DNA of 64,000 nt. Source: Marsupella aquatica (taxonomy: Eukaryota; Plantae; Marchantiophyta). Within the stretch, counting starts at the first letter, position 1. Each line of letters opens with the position of its first letter. The position numbers were made by a program, and so were the translations under genes. The notes beneath the pieces are model-generated. The model searched no databases. It had not been told where the DNA came from and worked only from the letters and a program-made list of their open reading frames with translations. The DNA is taken from contig OZ316891.1 of NCBI GenBank assembly GCA_973895155.1, positions 3,051,801-3,115,800 on the forward strand, in the 5' to 3' direction. This document shows, one piece after another, positions 35,191 to 48,500 of the stretch.

Positions 35191-35879
35191 TTTTTGGTTT
35201 GTTTTGTTTTTTTTTGTTGAAATAAAACCCGCGAAAACCCACGGGAAGGGGGGCCAAAAGCCATACAAGGCAAAGAACAAAGCCAGAAAAGAACAAAAAA
35301 ATGGAGGGCCAGTTTCTTCCAAAACTCCAGGTCAAAGAGGACCACTCCAAAAAAAAAGAGTATCAGACCACTGCCAAGCGACCTAAGATAAGTGTTTAAC
35401 TATAGAGCCTAGCATCTGAGCGCGTGATCCATCTCAACTTTTCCATACCTACTAATTCTTTAATCCTGAGAATTCTAGTATGTTTTCTGCTAGGGCCGGA
35501 GGCCTCACAAATACCATGAAGAGAGTCCAGAAGTTCAGACAAGACCAGGTTCATGTTGAAGATACGAGTCTGTCTAGAATTGAAAACTTGCTCGTTTCTA
35601 GCCAGCCATAAAGTCCACATTGTGTGGAAAATCATGAAGATTTTGAGGGATTTATGGGCTCCCTGGTGACCTCGTAGTACCAGAGTGGCAAAAAGATCAG
35701 CTTGTTGCCAGTTGAGAGTGCCTGTAAACGTTTGGCCAACCAAAGACCAGCAGCATTGAGCGAAAGAGCAGGAAAGAAAAAGATGTGGGATCGTCTCCAG
35801 AACATTGGAGCAAAGCAAACAGTGGCTGTCTCCTTTCCCGATCCTCGCAGCTCTGACTCCGGTGAAAAGACCTTGTGCT
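35191..35879 (-). mobile_element. 5'-truncated L1-type LINE 3' fragment
   Basis: zf-RVT motif C..E T..HLFLSCSFA..CW and WTLWLARNEQVF; A-rich tail at 35191-35217; 17-bp TSD AATCAAAAAGATGTTTT at 35174-35190 and 35880-35896. Confidence 0.88.
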
Positions 35880-37283
35880 AATCAAAAAGATGTTTTGAAA
35901 TAAAACAGGTGATTTGACCAAAACTAGGCGGGCTAGTCACTAGTTTTCCCTCAATCTTGGAAAACTAAACCATGCATAGATTCTGTGCTTCTCCATAAGT
36001 AGGGAAATTCAAAACTATACATAATTACTTTAATCCTAATTAGGCTCACACATAAACCAATTATTACAAACCATTTTGTGCCCAGTACAAATATGTGACA
36101 TTCGAAAAATGATGGGCAGAAAAACATGCGGGCTGTCCCAAGGAATGGGGTGAAAGTAGATTCCAAACACGACCGCCTTTGGATTAGGTGAAATGCCCCT
36201 AAAATATGTTTTCTGTTAGAATGTGCCCCACACATGTTTTGGCTAGGTGTCAACAAAGTACCGGGTAAACGAGGTGGAAATTAGATTCCACACACAACAA
36301 CCTGGAAAAACCTTGTATGGGGTGAACTGTCCCGAAACCGAGTTTTTTTTCGCAAATATGCCCCTCACATGTCTTGGCTAGGTGTCAACAAAGCACCATG
36401 GAAAGTAGACCTAGCAAACCTTTTGGCTTGGGAGAAATAAAATGGCCACCTGCCAAGTCCAGAAGCCAATAAAAAGGATTTTCTGCTATCAAAAAGAGCG
36501 AACCAAGCTACTACTAAAGTATGCATGTGCCACTAAAACTCTGACAGAACACACGTCCCATGCGAGGCCGTGAATGAGTTTGCCACGTTGCCCACTCCCC
36601 AGATTCTTTGGTCAAGGAACGTGATGCTACATCATATCACATCATGTGTCTCATCCACTTTAATAAATGGCGGACGGGTAGAAATCCAAACAGAAAACGA
36701 GCCCAAATCGCCCCAAACATTATCCTCTCCGAATTCCCGAATGTGTACAAAAAGTAACTTTCCATTCTAGGAACCATTTTGATCTCCGTACGCAGGCGAG
36801 TGAAATCCAAGACGGATAATATGTTCTTCTGCCCCCGTTTTACCCGAAACTGATTCCCGTAGAGACGAAGAAGCCGATGGACCAGAACAACCCAGATCAG
36901 ACCCTTGTCCTACTAAAAAGCACTTTACTTATATAAAGCAGTTTATATTTTCCAAGTCAACAGGAACCTGGTACAAGGTTTAACGAGAACGATACATCCA
37001 AGCAATACTTTCTTTTCACCCGGGATGGAAATGTTAGAGGAATTCTCCGAGTTTATTATCCAATCCTTACAAGATGTCAGCTTCAAAGGCGGGCAACTAG
37101 TATAGCATACGAGTGCTGTATCCCCACCAGGAAAGGCTCAAGGTTACGAGTGGTGTGATTTGATTCCCACTTGCTTCTATAATTTTTGTCTTAAATGTTT
37201 CCATTATTAGAATAAGGAATGTTCAGCCAGTGGTTCTGAAATCTAGAGAGATCTGAGGGTTAACTCTCTAGAGATCTGAGGGT

Positions 37284-37447
37284 CAAAAATAAATCTAATA
37301 CAAGGAATCTTCATAGCATATTCTATCGTTTCACACAATTGACACTTTGTTTTTTGGCAAAAATAAATCTAATACAAGGAATCTTCATAGCATATTCTCT
37401 CGTTTCACACGACTGACACTTATATATATATATATATATATATATAT
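37284..37447. repeat. ~64-bp direct duplication followed by a (TA)n microsatellite
   Basis: CAAAAATAAATCTAATACAAGGAATCTTCATAGCATATTCT...TGACACTT occurs twice; TA run ~37421-37447. Confidence 0.85.
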
Positions 37448-38267
37448 GACATTAGGGGGAAAAACATTAAAATTGAGTCTATCATATCCTTACAAGAGAT
37501 TAATTTTTGAACTCTGAGACAACAGCTACACAACATGCGCGTGGCGCGGGATGTTTCAAATTTAGGGTTGTATGCGGACTCAATATAGTGGCCCCCTAAT
37601 TATCAACCGGCGGCTCGGCAGTATAGGGTCCCGCATCCAGTATAAATTGATGGTCAAGTCAATATTCTATGGTTGGAAATCGGTTGAGGATGTTTCCAGA
37701 GAGCACTGGGTCCTGCCAGGAATTTGGAATTGATGATAAAGTCAAAACCCCCCACACTGCTTCAGGTTTTCATGTTAATCAGATCTGAGCGGGTTGGAAA
37801 AATCGGAGGTGGATGGAAATGTGGATCATGTGAAGAGTGGGCAGCAGACTTTTGTCTCTGGTTAGTAGTGGAACGCGAAAAGGAGGGTTTGCGAAGCATC
37901 ATCATCCGGTCGCAATTGTATGATGCACAAGAGGTACAACAGTCAAGATATTTTCGTCATCCATTCTTTTGGGAGCTTTTGGTCGGCAGTCCCGACAAAT
38001 ACCCACACCCCTCCCACCCCGTCCTCCATCCCCTTGCCATCCGGGAGGTGCGAGGGAGAGAGGCTGGGCGTGGAACTTGCTGGAGCAGTGTTCATACATG
38101 ACAGCTCACTTACTGGCGCAAATGACAGAGATGGGAAGGCTGGCTTGACCACCTCCCCTCTTTGATTTTTTCCGGGACGGTTCTTAGCAGAGGTTTTTTT
38201 TTGGTGGCGAAAATTCATCAAATTCCATCTCCCCAAAAAGCTTTTGCCAATCCTGACTAAATTCGCT

Positions 38268-38520
38268 AGTATTTTTCTGTCCCAGTGTCCCATCTAATCA
38301 CACTACTTGAGTATTTTTCTGTCTCATTAGCCAGTGTCCCATCTAATCCCACAAGTTGAGTAGTTTTCTGTCTCATTGGCAAGTGTCCCATCTAATCACA
38401 CTAGTTGGGAACAAATCAAAGGTCCCGTCAACCAGAATCTAATGGTCATCCTGTCCCACCTAATCACACTATTGCAGTAAGTCCCATTAACCAAAATCTA
38501 ATGGTCCCATTAACCAAACT
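38268..38520. repeat. Degenerate tandem repeats (AGTGTCCCATCTAATCACACT family)
   Basis: 3-4 copies of a ~50-bp unit plus two CCCATTAACCA(A/G)AATCTAATGGTC-like units. Confidence 0.75.
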
Positions 38521-40352
38521 CTGACGGTCAGTAAAATAATAAGATAAATGATATTTTGAGCATCTTCTCCTTCACGCAGACACGACATTCGCCACTCTGG
38601 CGAAAAAGTAAAAACCTTAAAAATAAGCTTAAAAATACTCTGATTCTTAGGTTCTCACCCGACCAGTACATGACCGGAATGAGCGGATGTGGGGTACGCG
38701 CCACACAATCACATCCGCGTGATGGCTGACGGACCAGCCAGTACCGGTGGCTGGCGTGCGGCAGACTACCCACCGTTCACAGAGAATGCAGGAACAAGAG
38801 TACACGTAAAGTGGGAACAATTCCTGCAGAGGGTGAGAGGAGAAGATTCTGGATACATGACCCATGCTGCTGCTCCTGTCGCCTGCCTGCGTGTCTGAAA
38901 GTTCTTTGTCTTGAACGTGTACTGGGAGAGTACTACCGGGATAAATCCAACAAGTCCAGCTGCTCCCTTTCATCTGGTCGTTCATCTGGTGATCTTACCT
39001 CATGCCCCTGAGTCTCTTCGTCAATGGACCAAAAGGAGAGTCAGAAAGATTCCAACTTTATTCAAGAAGCAAGAAGTGTGGTCACACCACCTTTTCCAAT
39101 TGATAATTGACCTGCTAGCCTGCAAGGTGGGTGGTCTAATGAAAGGGACTGACAAACTACACTCTTTACACTTGGAAGTTTCCTGCAAATAAAATCTAAC
39201 AGTTGAGGCTGCATGATCTGGATATCATGATAGGGCCTCCCCTGTAATCTCGCCAGTACTAGCTGCCAATTTCTCTGTAGTGGATCATGATCGATTTTCG
39301 AACAAACGAGCGGGCACACATCACAGTGCTGGCCGGTGGAGACCAGATTATAAATACCCAGCGGCAATTCTAGTACGGAGGACAAGCTGAAGTACAAACA
39401 TCACAATAATTTCGTCCTGAACACAGACTGGCGCAAAAAGTCGACGGCAGAGATTTCATTGCAATGTAAACCCAATCCATCACAATACGTGACCAACCAA
39501 ACGGGAACAAAGGTCTCATAAATTGGTAACATCCTAAGTACGTCTATTCCTTCCAGCCTTCCATTCCAGAAAGCTTCCTCTAGAAAAAGGGTCACAATAC
39601 CCCGAAATCTGTACACTCCTCACCTACCTACGAAACTAGGACGGCGTACTCTCGCACCAATTGCTCCACCTCATTTCTCTTGCAAGTAGAGCCTCCAAAA
39701 GCTTTGACATCGTTCTCCACCTGGTTTTGTGACTACACCGGCATCATGAGGCATGCCGAGAGTTCTGTAAACCACCTCCAAAGTGCCAATTGGGACATGG
39801 TACCCGCAACAATCTTGACTTGCCGATACTACCCACATTGTGAAAGAAAACGTTCAACGACTTCACGGATATAGAGGTGAAACGTTTTCAAAATTCGAAG
39901 GTTTCTTCGAATAGGAGCGAAGCACTCTGGACACTTTCTCAACAGGGCTTGCTTAGCCCCATTGCTTCGCCCCATCCGGCCTCCGTGGCAGGCGTAAACC
40001 GCTATAAAGGGAAAGCTTCAAGAAAAGTTCATAATCCATGGTCATAGGAGTTTCTCCTTCGTGGTAACCACCATCACGACACGGCTAGTGCTTTCGCCAA
40101 GAAGCCCAAGGACAGCTGAAACCCATTGATTGCAAGGCTCCCGCTGACTCCCCTATTTCTTTCTTTGAAGGGACGGACATCAACTCCCCGCGTCCACTGT
40201 AGTAGGCTGCGGAAAACCCAGGACAGCTTTCGAGGAATGAATCGTCGTAAATATGTACATAAAAAATAGTCTACAGCAAACCGAAACAGCCTGCCCTCGC
40301 ATCCTTCTTTCTCAACCCTGCAGAAAGCCTGTGGCTGCTGCTGCACACTCTT

Positions 40353-42269
40353 CTACACCACACTAATGGTACTGGGCCCAAGACTGTTGCTGCTGAAGGG
40401 AGCCTTCAACTGAAATGCACTACTCCTGGTGGGATGTTGTTCCAGAAGCTTTAGAGTCAGGTTTGAAGAGGACTCGGTGGACGGAGAAGGTCCGAGCGTA
40501 AGCTTTGCCATCTCAGACCCTTCGTCCATCTTGGCAGGGCATGCAGTAGGTTTCACGACCTTGGAACCAGATGACGGCGAAGGCGACGGCTTGCTGAACC
40601 CTGGAGCCAAGCCCCACATTGGATAAGGGTAACCAATTGGCGCACCCAGTCCTACAGGTGGCCCTGCTACAGTTGGACCCCCAGATACTGAAACATTTCC
40701 TGCGGTTGGAATGGCAACCGGCCTTGAAAGCACCGTCACATCTCCTCCGTAGCTTCCAGTAGCTTCACTTGCCTGCTCTGAACTCAAAGCCATTACCGGG
40801 AGCGGGATGGCCTGCTGAAGGTGCGGGAGCATAGGGAAGTTCCTAGGAGGCACTCCAGCGATGGGCAGAATCGGAGTGAAAAGCTCCGACCCTCTCGCCA
40901 AGCCCTGCTGATCGAAAAATGCCCCAGGATTATACAAACCTCCAGATCCTAAGCTTAGCTGGTGAATAGGAGCAGATAAATCCGGGCTCTTTGCAGACAC
41001 TTCCTCCACCATTGGCCTTGGACCCTGCAAGAATTGACGGAGAATGTCAGTTGTGTAAGGCACGACGTGAAAGCTCCAAATACCTGCCAAACCCTGAAGA
41101 CGAACTTCGAATTCAGTTCCCCCGATCATAGCTTCCGCTGGTCAAACTCTGAGGTCGCTATCCGTCAACCCAGGCCACCTAAATCTATACGGAGTCGTTG
41201 ACTACAAACGACTCGGGTGAGATAACCAACAAGAGGCCCTGTCAGGATGGAAGATTTACCGTCTCGGAAACAATGTCGAAGAGGCTTGACCTTCGTTTCC
41301 TCTTGTTCAAATTACTTTGCCTGATGAAATACTTTTGAGCGTGGCTTGCCACCTGGGTTGGAGTCCTTGTTTGCACAAAGTTCCTCGAGATTCCTCTCCA
41401 ATCTCCTTTCCCAAGTTTCTGAAGGCCCAACAAGAAGAGACGGTGCTCTTCTTCAGTCCACGGAACTCCTGAAGACAAAGATGTATTACCGTGTCAGGCA
41501 GACTTCAAGGAAACATAGTCCCAGCGACGGGAACAATGAATCGCTCTCTACCACAGCAACCAACTCAAAACACGCTTGCGCAACAGTCTCATAGTGGACA
41601 GTCCAGGTATTTACAGAGCAAATTTGATGCAAAAACAACTCGAGTCAACACAATTCCCTCCAACTCGATCGACGCATGCCACACACCCCCAGATAGTTCT
41701 CAGCTGAAGGTACTAATCAAAGCCTAAACTAATAGCTCCTTTCCTAAATTTAAGAATTGGGGATGGGAAATGTAAACTTTGGAGGAAAACGGCCACGGTC
41801 ACAGGTGGCCTCGAGGTAAAGGCAACAGGCGGAGAGTACCGTATGACGCTTATCTACTACAGTACGACGAGGGCTTTTTGAAACCGCGTGCATGCAATGT
41901 CAGGGTGCGGGGCTGTATCAGCATCACCTCGACACATTCTGCCCGGTAGGGGAGGGGAGTTGAAGGCAAATAAGACTCACCTTTCTTTCGCTCTCTGGCG
42001 TTGCTCGAGGTTTGCACGAGGCCATCGGAAACGTAACCGTCTGCTGCAGCTCCAGATTCAGAGTGCTCGGGTGTCGAAGGCGGATTGTTCGCGCTCGCAT
42101 AATGAGTCAAGTTCCCCATACTCACACTCTTCCGCATATTGGCTGCTGCTGTGCCATCGTTCGTGGTGAGCCGAACGCCGAACAACCGAACTCCCCGATC
42201 TGGACATCGATCGGGGCACGTTCGAGAATTATGCCCATTATTGCCACAGTGGGAGCAGCGGCGCGTCAT
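40353..42269 (-). CDS. MYBS3: MYBS3/KUA1(MYBH)-like transcription factor: CCHC zinc knuckle, RLFGV repression motif, SHAQKYF single MYB; 3 exons (42269-41981, 41468-41260, 41024-40353), 389 aa
   Basis: [96 protein letters not shown]; GT-AG introns preserve the frame. Confidence 0.95.
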
Positions 42270-45200
42270 CTCGGAGGTCTCCAGTTCTTCCAGCCCCGGC
42301 CGACCTGAGGGGATGCCTGAGTTAGCCACAGCGACTGGCGGTAGCTTTAAACGGTCTATTTTCGCTGACGGAGGGGGTCGCGTACGACTACGACGAGGAG
42401 CACCGAGCTAAGCCGGCGGCAAGAAAACGCTCCCTCTTAGAACGCAATCGGCTGTAGGAGGAACGAAACCAAAACGAAGACTCCAAGTTCGTCAAGTACC
42501 TAAGGATCCTAATCCTTGCTGCGAAACCCTCGAGCGATCAGAGCTGACCAGCCTGCGTGCCACAGAGAAACGACTCCAAAGACGCAGAGAGCAAAACTGA
42601 TCGCCTCCGTTCCGCAGAACACCGGGGAAAACCCTCAATTGAGAAACAGACGACGCATGTGTAAACGTACTTCTTCACAGATCGGCAGCAATGACGCCGC
42701 AGAACAACCCAATTCGCCGCCAAACAGAACAAGATAACGACCCGACCTCGCGCACACCCTAGCGATTCCGCCTACTACACAACCCCTACTTCCTGCTTTC
42801 AAGCTCCTCCCCCGATCAGCCAACCAGCCCGGTGACAAGCGCGAAAGCAAGTCAGTTCCCTAACTCGTCTCTGCTCTGCTCTGCCGATGGCTTCTCAGTT
42901 CTCACTCTCGATCGTCCCTCCGCTTCACTGTCAATCCGCACTTCCACACTCGTTTTCGTCAGACGCCCACCGAAACGAATCCCTAGCAGACTACACTGCC
43001 TTGCCTTCGCCGACCTTCAGAAACCGCCCATCTCTCGATCAGCCCGGTCTGTGCGCAAGCAAGCGGGAAAGTATCGGAGTCCTTTTCCGTGGGTCGGTCC
43101 ACTCCCTCACTCTCTCTCTCTCACTCCGTACCACCTTCCTCCCCCTCTGAATGAAAATTATGCCCGAAGAAAGATCCCACGCTCTAGCACTGAAGGCCTT
43201 CTTCTTGTCATGCGCCCTGCTAGGCTTGCTAAAGAAATAAAGAAAGATCGGAAACCACCCACGCTGACACGCAGCCCGGGGCAAATATCTGAAAAAGATT
43301 CGGGTCGATGCGATGATGCGTTCCAAGAAGGAATGCTCGAGAGGCGCAGATCGAGGCAGCACGCGAGGGTCGAGGATCGTTCGTCGAAGACTCGAAGGGC
43401 TGGTGGTGGTGGTGGTGCTGCTGCTGCTGTAGGCTCGGAAGAGTGGGAAGAAGGACAGGGAGAGAGGTTACCCCCTGGTTGGTTGGTTGAATGGATGGTT
43501 GGTTGGCGGACGGGGCTGGCTGGCTGGCTGGCGGGCGGGCGGGCTAGCACGCATGGCCGCCTGGCTGGCTGCCCTTCCTCTCATTTGCCTAATAATTGCC
43601 TGGCTCGGCTGGCGTGAACGGCGGAGGATGGGCGGATGGAATAAATAAAATAAACTATGTGTTACATCAAATATCAATGGAAGCGACAAAGGAACAGCCA
43701 GATTTGCCCAATTTGCCTGTCATTTTTGGAAAAAGGAATAGAATTGTCCGGTGCACGGAGGATGGACTACATATGTTGCACTGCTAAGAATAAAACGTGC
43801 CAATCCAGCGACCAAAGAAATGGAGAGAAAACCAGGGGAGATATGACCGGTGAATCGACTGGTGACATGATACGATTCAGGGCACGTTCGGGTGGATGTA
43901 TGGCCTGGCAGGATGCCATTCCATTGCCTGGCTTGGCTCGCGTGAATGGAGGAGGATGGGTGGATGGGATTTTTTTTAAAGTCTGTATATCAATGGAAAC
44001 AACAAGGGAGCACCCATTCTTTTCTCATTTTTGGGGAAGAATAGACTTTACCATTGGACAAACAACCGGTGAACTGACTAAATACATGTTGACAAAGTAA
44101 ACGCTAACCTGACTGCCCCAGCTTTGTGGAGGAACATGGTTGTGTTCCTTACCAGTTCCTTCACCCCAAAACTTGCCCGTTGCACCAGTCACAGCCTAGA
44201 GAGTAGCTTTTGGTTGTGGATAATTAGTTAGACTAGCCCCATTACTCATCCCTTAAAAGTAAATAGACATGAAAATACAAAAAAGTATTGAAGTATATTA
44301 CTTTTACTTCATCTTTGCCCCATCCCTGTTTTTGTCACTTTTGTTCATCTTTGCTCTCGCCCCTATTTTTTGTCCACTTTCATGTATGTTGTCTTTATTA
44401 ACAATCATTGTCAGTTTTGTGTTTACTGAGAGTTAAGTCTAGATTGTTCACTCTAGACCAAAGGCCTTAAAAGTAGCTTCCCTTTGCAAGTTATTAGTAA
44501 GATGAGGGATTCAGTGGATGAACCTGATATTTCACACTGCCAAATAAAGACCAAAGGCGTTAAACAGGAATCACTCAAATTCCAGGGAAGCTTGGGCAAC
44601 AATTTGACTAGACAAAATGGCTGCTTGGACAGAGGGAGGGAAGAAAGAGATAGAAGGAAGGAGAGGTTGATATTTTTTTCTCTGTGTTTGCTTGTCATGG
44701 AGGGGTACTCATTGCCAAGTAAATATCTAATTGAACTCCAACATTATTGGGGGAGGTTTGTCTTGAGGGAAACTATAGATAATTAGACACCAGGTTAAGG
44801 AGGAGCCTTGTCTTGAAAGGGAAGCTATACTTGTTCTGGAAGTAAAATTGACTAAAGTCAAATAAATGTTAGGATTGACTCTGATGACCACCTATTTTTT
44901 TACACTTCATAAGCATTCATACGAGGAATGAGACCAAGAAAATGTGCGACTTGAGTAACAAAAGATTCAAAGATTGTCAAATCCATGTGTTGGTTGTCAA
45001 TCCAAAGGTCTTGTCTACTCTTAGGATCTAGGAGAGCTTTGGGTTGGGAAAGTAAAAGTCTGATATAAAACAAACTTCTGCTATGGAAGGGGGTAGGTCT
45101 TGAGACCAAATTAAGTGCATGGGAGTCACACTCCATAGAAAAAGTCTAATGGTGTTGGAGTCCGCTTCTGGGTCCTGACTAGACAATCTGTTGGATCCTG

Positions 45201-45315
45201 GTTTGACACTTGTGCTGAGTCTTCCCCTCCCCTCAAGAATGTTGTTCTTATGGGCATTGTCTTCCACTTTGGACCTTACATTTGTGTCGTGATTTGATCT
45301 AATAGCTTTTAAGTA

Positions 45316-45510
45316 CATTGCCACTAAAGATGTTTAAATTTACAAAACTATCACTGTTTTTTTGTATCTATAAAAATGCCATGGTTTCCATATGTAGTTC
45401 CCCTAGTTATCTTGGTAAACTTGTATTCCATATACAAAACCGTGATATTTTTATAAATACAAAAAAAATAGTGATAGTATTATGAATTAGAACATCTTTA
45501 GTGGCAAAGT
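45316..45510. repeat. ~195-bp fold-back inverted repeat (MITE-like)
   Basis: TTGCCACTAAAGATGTT..ACTATCACT..TTTGTAT.TATAAAAAT pairs with ATTTTTATA.ATACAAA..AGTGATAGT..AACATCTTTAGTGGCAA. Confidence 0.8.
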
Positions 45511-48500
45511 CTCTGGCAAAGTGATTAATAGCTTTTTGATCTAAACTCTAATATATGTAACCTTGTTCTTTCTTTATGATGTCTATTTACTAAAAGTCAT
45601 TCTGGTGGGAAGACTCCCTGGCCATTTGATTATGTTGACATTTTTGCCAGTGCTACTATGCAACTTTTTTGTGCCCAACCCATCACTCTCCCGACAGCTT
45701 GCACATTCCTTGAAATCCAATAACAAGGGTCATCTTGCTCCCAAAGTCCGACTGACATCTCGCTTATGTTCAATAACACTTCCACCCAACCTCACTTACC
45801 ATTGACAATGTTGTGCCATGCACGGGCATTGGGTTGTTGTTCGATAGTGAAACTAATTCATAGGAGCACTTCTGATGTAAACACCACCATTCTCATTTTG
45901 GGGGTTTGTCTCGAGAGGAAAACCTTATTTGGTAAAATCTAAGCTAAACGCCAACATTTTCTTTAGATTCTTGGTTGTGGGGGAAATTTACTTATCTTCA
46001 AGCTGAGATTGACTGAAACTTAAAGTCTTATATAAACACCAACATTTCTTTTGGTTTGTAGTGAGGGCAAAACTTCAATGGCAAGCAAGAGCCCACTAGC
46101 ACAAACCATTTGTCAAGCCACACGCTGATATTTATGCTAGTGTCCAACATTACTAGAGGCCACGAGTAAACGCAGTAGATAAGGAGTGTAACAGTAAATG
46201 AACAGCGATAAACACAATCTAAGTTATTACTCTTTTCAACCAGATAAATCCACTAGACAAATACCGTAGCAGGGGCTCTTATTATCTGCATGGGTGAGGT
46301 GGGGGCCAGAGGGGGAATCAAGATAACAGGGGAAAAGGCAATAATTATTGAATCGAGAAGCTCCAGTCACTACTGTAGTTGTCTAGTTGAGATCGGATTT
46401 GGCATCATAAACATAGGAATCTATAGGTTTATTTTGTTTTCTCCTTTCAAATGAATTTTCTGTTTTTCGTACAAAAAGATATGATAGATTCGCATTTCTA
46501 TGATGCCAAATACATGTTTGGGACAACCAGGGGAAAAGAATGACTGATTGGATGGACAACTCAATTGTTTTTCTTTTGAACTCTACTGTTGCCACAGGTT
46601 TGAGATTGAAATTTGTTTGGCCAGTGGAAGACATGACACAGATATTACTTTTATTGGCTGAGCTATGTTCAGCTCTGTGATGGGCGCCCAAAAGAAGCCC
46701 TCAAGATTTTTATTTATTTATTTTAATTTATTTTTGCCTCAAGATACTTTTGTCAAAAATATATATTGACTGCAATACTGGATTTTTATATAATTTCCCT
46801 TGTTCTAAAGAAACCAAACAAAATTCAATGTATTGCATACATTATTTGTATTCAGGCAAGGTCATGATGGCTTACGTAAGTAGAGGAAAGAGATGAGGTG
46901 AACATTTAATGATTTGTATTTATTTGATTCTATTGTTTTTTTCACTATGTTCAGTCTAATGTGACCAAAGGACCAAACCCACTTTGGTCAGGGCCTACTG
47001 TAGTTTATTGATTTTATTTTTATAACTTGACACAAATCCGTCTAGGAGCATTGCAATTTACAAAGCGAAGTAATAAGGCTGGAGATGGTGTGCGAGCATG
47101 CCTAACCGGAGATGGACAACTGGAGTTGAGCAATCGCTACAGTAGTCGACTAACTCAAGGGGTACGTCACTGTAAGTGGGGTAAGCTGGAGCCCACCTTT
47201 TTATTCTAGGTTTCCGAATAACTCCAGTACTGAGGATGGTCCGATGGTGGACCAACTGGCCCTTTATTGCTCAGAATAAGTAACCAACTAACTTCAACGA
47301 AGACCTACAGTAGTTATGGACACCTATAGTAGTTTACTTAGTTTCTTTCACCTGCAGAATTGATCCTCTTCCAGATTAACCCCATATATATAGTCTACCA
47401 TAGCAAAACATTAAATATCCACATGTTTACTTTCCTAGGTTTTTCACCAATTATAGGACCGAGTATTTCAAACTTCACACTTCACTCAAAAATGACATTA
47501 AATAATCACTATGGTGCTTATACTGTAAATGGGTTCCTTGCAAAAACGTGCAGTACAAACACCTGGACAACTAAACAAGAGGGTACGTTCAGTTGGGCTC
47601 TTAGACAGAAACGGCTGACAACCAATCCGATTGTGAGATTTCGTAGCAAATATCCAACACTTAAGTAAACAATTTTGGGATTTTATACTGTACCGAGTCG
47701 ACCATCAAGCAAAACAGGCTATTCTATCCACTTACATGATAAGGTCAAGGAATTTGCTATCCATTTCTATAGTTGCCAGCCTGACTTCCCGGGATTTGCT
47801 TAGGTCCACGGCTGTCCTTCTCACCTGGTGCCCCACCCTAAATGTTGCCACCATGCGAGATTCATACTCTCGATCATAGGTTCCAGCACGTAACTTAGGA
47901 TCACAATTATTAGTTAGATTCCTCTAAAAAGTGGTCTATGATTCTTTTGCACTCTATTATATTAGCGATTCTCTACGTTAACTCATCACAGCATCTTGAA
48001 AATTGTAGCGAGAAAACTGTCAAGCTAAACAGGGAATTCTTTCTAATTCCATATGGTCAAGCAATTTGCTATTTATCCATTTTAACATTTGCTCCTACTA
48101 ACCACTCGTCAATTGTAAAGAGAGAGGCAATAAGGGAAAACAATACTGAGTAGGACATACGCATACCATAAGAACAGTAGGGCCTTGCAAGACCATGAGA
48201 TAAGTAAAGTAAACTGCTTATCCACCAAGGAGATATATCTAATCACTTTGAGTTATCATCAAGCTAGGTTGATATCTTATATTTCAGTCGTGTGACTGGA
48301 TAATGGAACTTATTTTTGAAAGTGGTAGGAACTTGGGATAATTCCAAATATGGGATTTACTAGGATATACCTTGCCACTGATTTTTTTCTATTTATCACA
48401 ATGCCACTCTTTTTGTTTGTGGGTTAAGAAAACAAATCTATGTTAACTCCTTCACATCCAATGGCTATCATCACAACCAATTCCTAATCAAATGGTCCGA

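Noticed and set aside
42832-43617. 261-aa ORF upstream of the MYB gene
   Set aside because: GC-rich promoter/5'UTR with simple repeats, no domain, non-ATG start
46094-46142. CACTAGCACAAA...TTTATGCTAGTG mini-CACTA
   Set aside because: Only 49 bp with a mismatched TSD (GCC vs TCC); compatible with chance
46990-47700. CTACAGTAG/CTACTGTAG motifs suggesting Tc1/mariner ends
   Set aside because: Could not pair them into convincing TIRs with correct orientation and TSD
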